Of a stretch of 64,000 bases of DNA, positions 61,905-64,000 are shown one piece after another. Below the pieces are notes generated by a model. The model ran no database searches and was not told the DNA's origin. It saw only the letters and a list, made by a program, of their open reading frames with translations. The position numbers and the translations under genes are program-made. The stretch lies in NCBI RefSeq assembly GCF_964213995.1, contig NC_135830.1, forward strand, positions 992,001 through 1,056,000, given 5' to 3'. Origin of the DNA: Mustelus asterias (Eukaryota). Numbering within the stretch: position 1 is the first letter of the stretch; each line of letters starts with the position of its first letter.

Positions 61905-62029
61905 GATTTGATTTGATTTGATTTATTATTGTCACATGTATTAGCATACAATGAAAAGTATTGTTTCTTGCATGCGATGCAGACGAAACATACCGTTCAT
62001 ACAGAAGGAAACAAGAGAATGCAGAATGT
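61905..62029 (-). mobile_element. LINE 3' end with (TCAAA)n tail, Rex1-like
   Basis: Matches 20497-20625. Confidence 0.6.
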
Positions 62030-62030
62030 A

Positions 62031-62945
62031 GGGGGGAATTTTACCATTTTGAGTCTAAGTGCCGAATCCGGGCATCAAATAGATCCGCGCCTGGAATCCT
62101 CTTTCCAGCGCGCCCATACGCGTTTTGCCGGCTCCGGCCCGATCCGCACTGTGGCCGGGGCTGAGCGCTGGCGGACCGATCGGAGCTCTGAACTGTGCAT
62201 GCGCAGTTCGAAAAAAATCTGACAGCGCGCCCGGGCGTGAAAGAAGAAGCAGAAAGCAGAGAGAGCGGCTCTCTGACGTTCATCCTCTGGTCGGGGGGTT
62301 GGAGGGGGGGGGGGGGGGTTGGGGGGGGGGGGCAGGTTGGGGGGGGTGAGGAGAGGGGGTGTAACATCTCATCCCCTGGGGGGTGGAAGGGGAGGGGGTG
62401 TGAGGGGAGGGGGTGTGACGTCTCATCCTCTGGGGAGGGTGGGAGGGAAGGAGGTGTGACTTCTCATCCTCTGGTCGGGGGGGGGGGTTCCGCTGCCTGT
62501 CTGCGGCCAATCTCTCCTGGCACCATCACTGGTACACAACCAGCCACAGCCATCTCTCCTGCTCTCTCACACCTGCAGGAAGAGTAGTCTGTGGCTGGAC
62601 AGATGTGTACCAGTGATGGTGCCAAGAGAGATCGGCCGCAGACAGGCAGCGGAACCACCCCCGACCATCACACCCCCTCTCCTCCCCCCCCCCCCCCCCC
62701 CGCTCCAGGGGATGATCGGTCACACCCCCTCCCCTCCCACCCACCCCCCCCCCCCCCCCGAGAGGATGAGACATCACCACCCCCTCCCCTCCCCACACCC
62801 CCCCACCCTCCCCCCCCGCCCCCGCCCCCCAGGGGAAGAGACGTCACACGACACAATTCATGCAAATGCATTTAAATCGTCGGGCCACCCGATTCGGGCG
62901 CGGACTGGACCTGCGCCCGAATCGGGTGTCGGTAAAGCCGCGATC
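62031..62945. mobile_element. GC-rich non-autonomous fold-back/MITE-like element
   Basis: Weak terminal inverted ends (TTTACC/GGTAAA), G-rich left arm, C-rich right arm, central inverted repeat 62486-62656. Confidence 0.6.
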
Positions 62946-62950
62946 TTTAT

Positions 62951-64000
62951 GTTTGATACGGTGCCTCACAAAACGTTGCTGAAGAAGATTGGGTCACACG
63001 GATTGGGGGTAGGGTGTTAGCGTGGTATTGGGGATTGGCTATCCGACAGGAAGCAGAGAGTCAGAATCAATGGGTGCTTTTCTGGTTGGCAGATGGTAAC
63101 TAGTGGCATGCCGCAGGGATCGGTACTGGGGCCTCAACTATTTACCATTTATATAGATGATCTGGAGGAGGGGACTGAGTGTAGGGTAACAAAGTTTGCA
63201 GACGACACAAAGATAAGTGGAAAAGTGAATCGTGTGGAGGGCGTAGAAGGTCTGCAGAGAGATTTGGACAGGTTGAGTGAGTGGGTGAGGGATCTGGCAG
63301 ATGGAGTATAACGTTAACAAATGCGAGGTTATTCACTTTGGAAGAAATAATAACAAATTGGATTATTATCTAAATGGAAAGAAATCACAACATGCTGCTG
63401 TGCAGAGGGACCTGGGGGTCCTTGTGCATGAGACGCAAAACCCAGTCTGCAGGTGCAACAGGTGATCAAGAAGGCAAATGGGATGTTGGCCTATATCGCA
63501 AGGGGGATAGAATATAAAAGCAGAGATGTCTTGCTGCATCTGTACAGGGCATTGGTGAGGCCGCAGCCTGGAATACTGTGTGCAGCATTGGTCCCCTTAT
63601 TTGCTGAAGGATATATTGGCCTTGGAGGGAGTGCAGAGAATGTTCACCAGGTTGATACCAGAGATGAGGGGTGTTGATTATGAGGAGAGACTGAGCAGAT
63701 TGGGTTTGTATTCGTTGGAATTTAGAAGGCTGAGGGGGGATCTTATAGAGACCTATAAGATAATGAAGGTGCTGGATAGGGTAGAGATGGAGAGATTCTT
63801 CCCACTTAGAAAGGAAACTAGAACTAGAGGGCACAGCCTCAAAATAAAGGGGGGTCAGTTTCGGACAGAGTTGAGGAGGAACTTCTTCTCTCAGAGGGTG
63901 GTGAATCTCTGGAATTCTCTGCCCACTGAAGTGATGGAGGCTACCTCGTTGAATATGTTTAAATCACGGATAGATGGATTCCTGATCGGTGAGGGAATTA
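62951..64000 (+). mobile_element. Young CR1, same subfamily as 33721-35572, runs off the window
   Basis: Very close inverted match to about 33846-34895; a few frameshifts. Confidence 0.93.

Noticed and set aside
61929-63020. Many overlapping Gly/Pro-rich ORFs
   Set aside because: By-products of G/C runs in the fold-back element.
1-64000. CRISPR arrays, rRNA or prokaryotic systems
   Set aside because: No regularly spaced repeat-spacer array or operon-like ORFs; the sequence is vertebrate.

Overview
Repeat-rich vertebrate DNA from a cartilaginous fish; the VNAR framework [26 protein letters not shown] and HE1-type SINEs point to a shark. The only apparently intact host gene is a germline IgNAR (heavy-chain-only antibody) cluster on the minus strand at about 7.2-9.6 kb. 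It comprises an octamer/TATA promoter, leader exon, V exon, FOUR RSS-flanked D segments and one J. No constant exon was recognised; these presumably lie left of base 1. The canonical IgNAR cluster has three D segments. The extra D here traces to a ~467-bp tandem duplication that also left a V 3'-end relic with an orphan 22-spacer RSS between D1 and D2. The V carries a cysteine at an atypical CDR1 position (32). The rest of the window holds CR1, Rex1-like and L2 LINE fragments, SINEs, Penelope-like elements with minimal hammerhead ribozymes and unusual insertion footprints, a decayed cluster of about 11 tRNA genes, a class-A GPCR pseudogene, a C2H2 zinc-finger relic and a GC-rich fold-back element. 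All calls were made by eye; repeat boundaries are approximate and family names need database confirmation.
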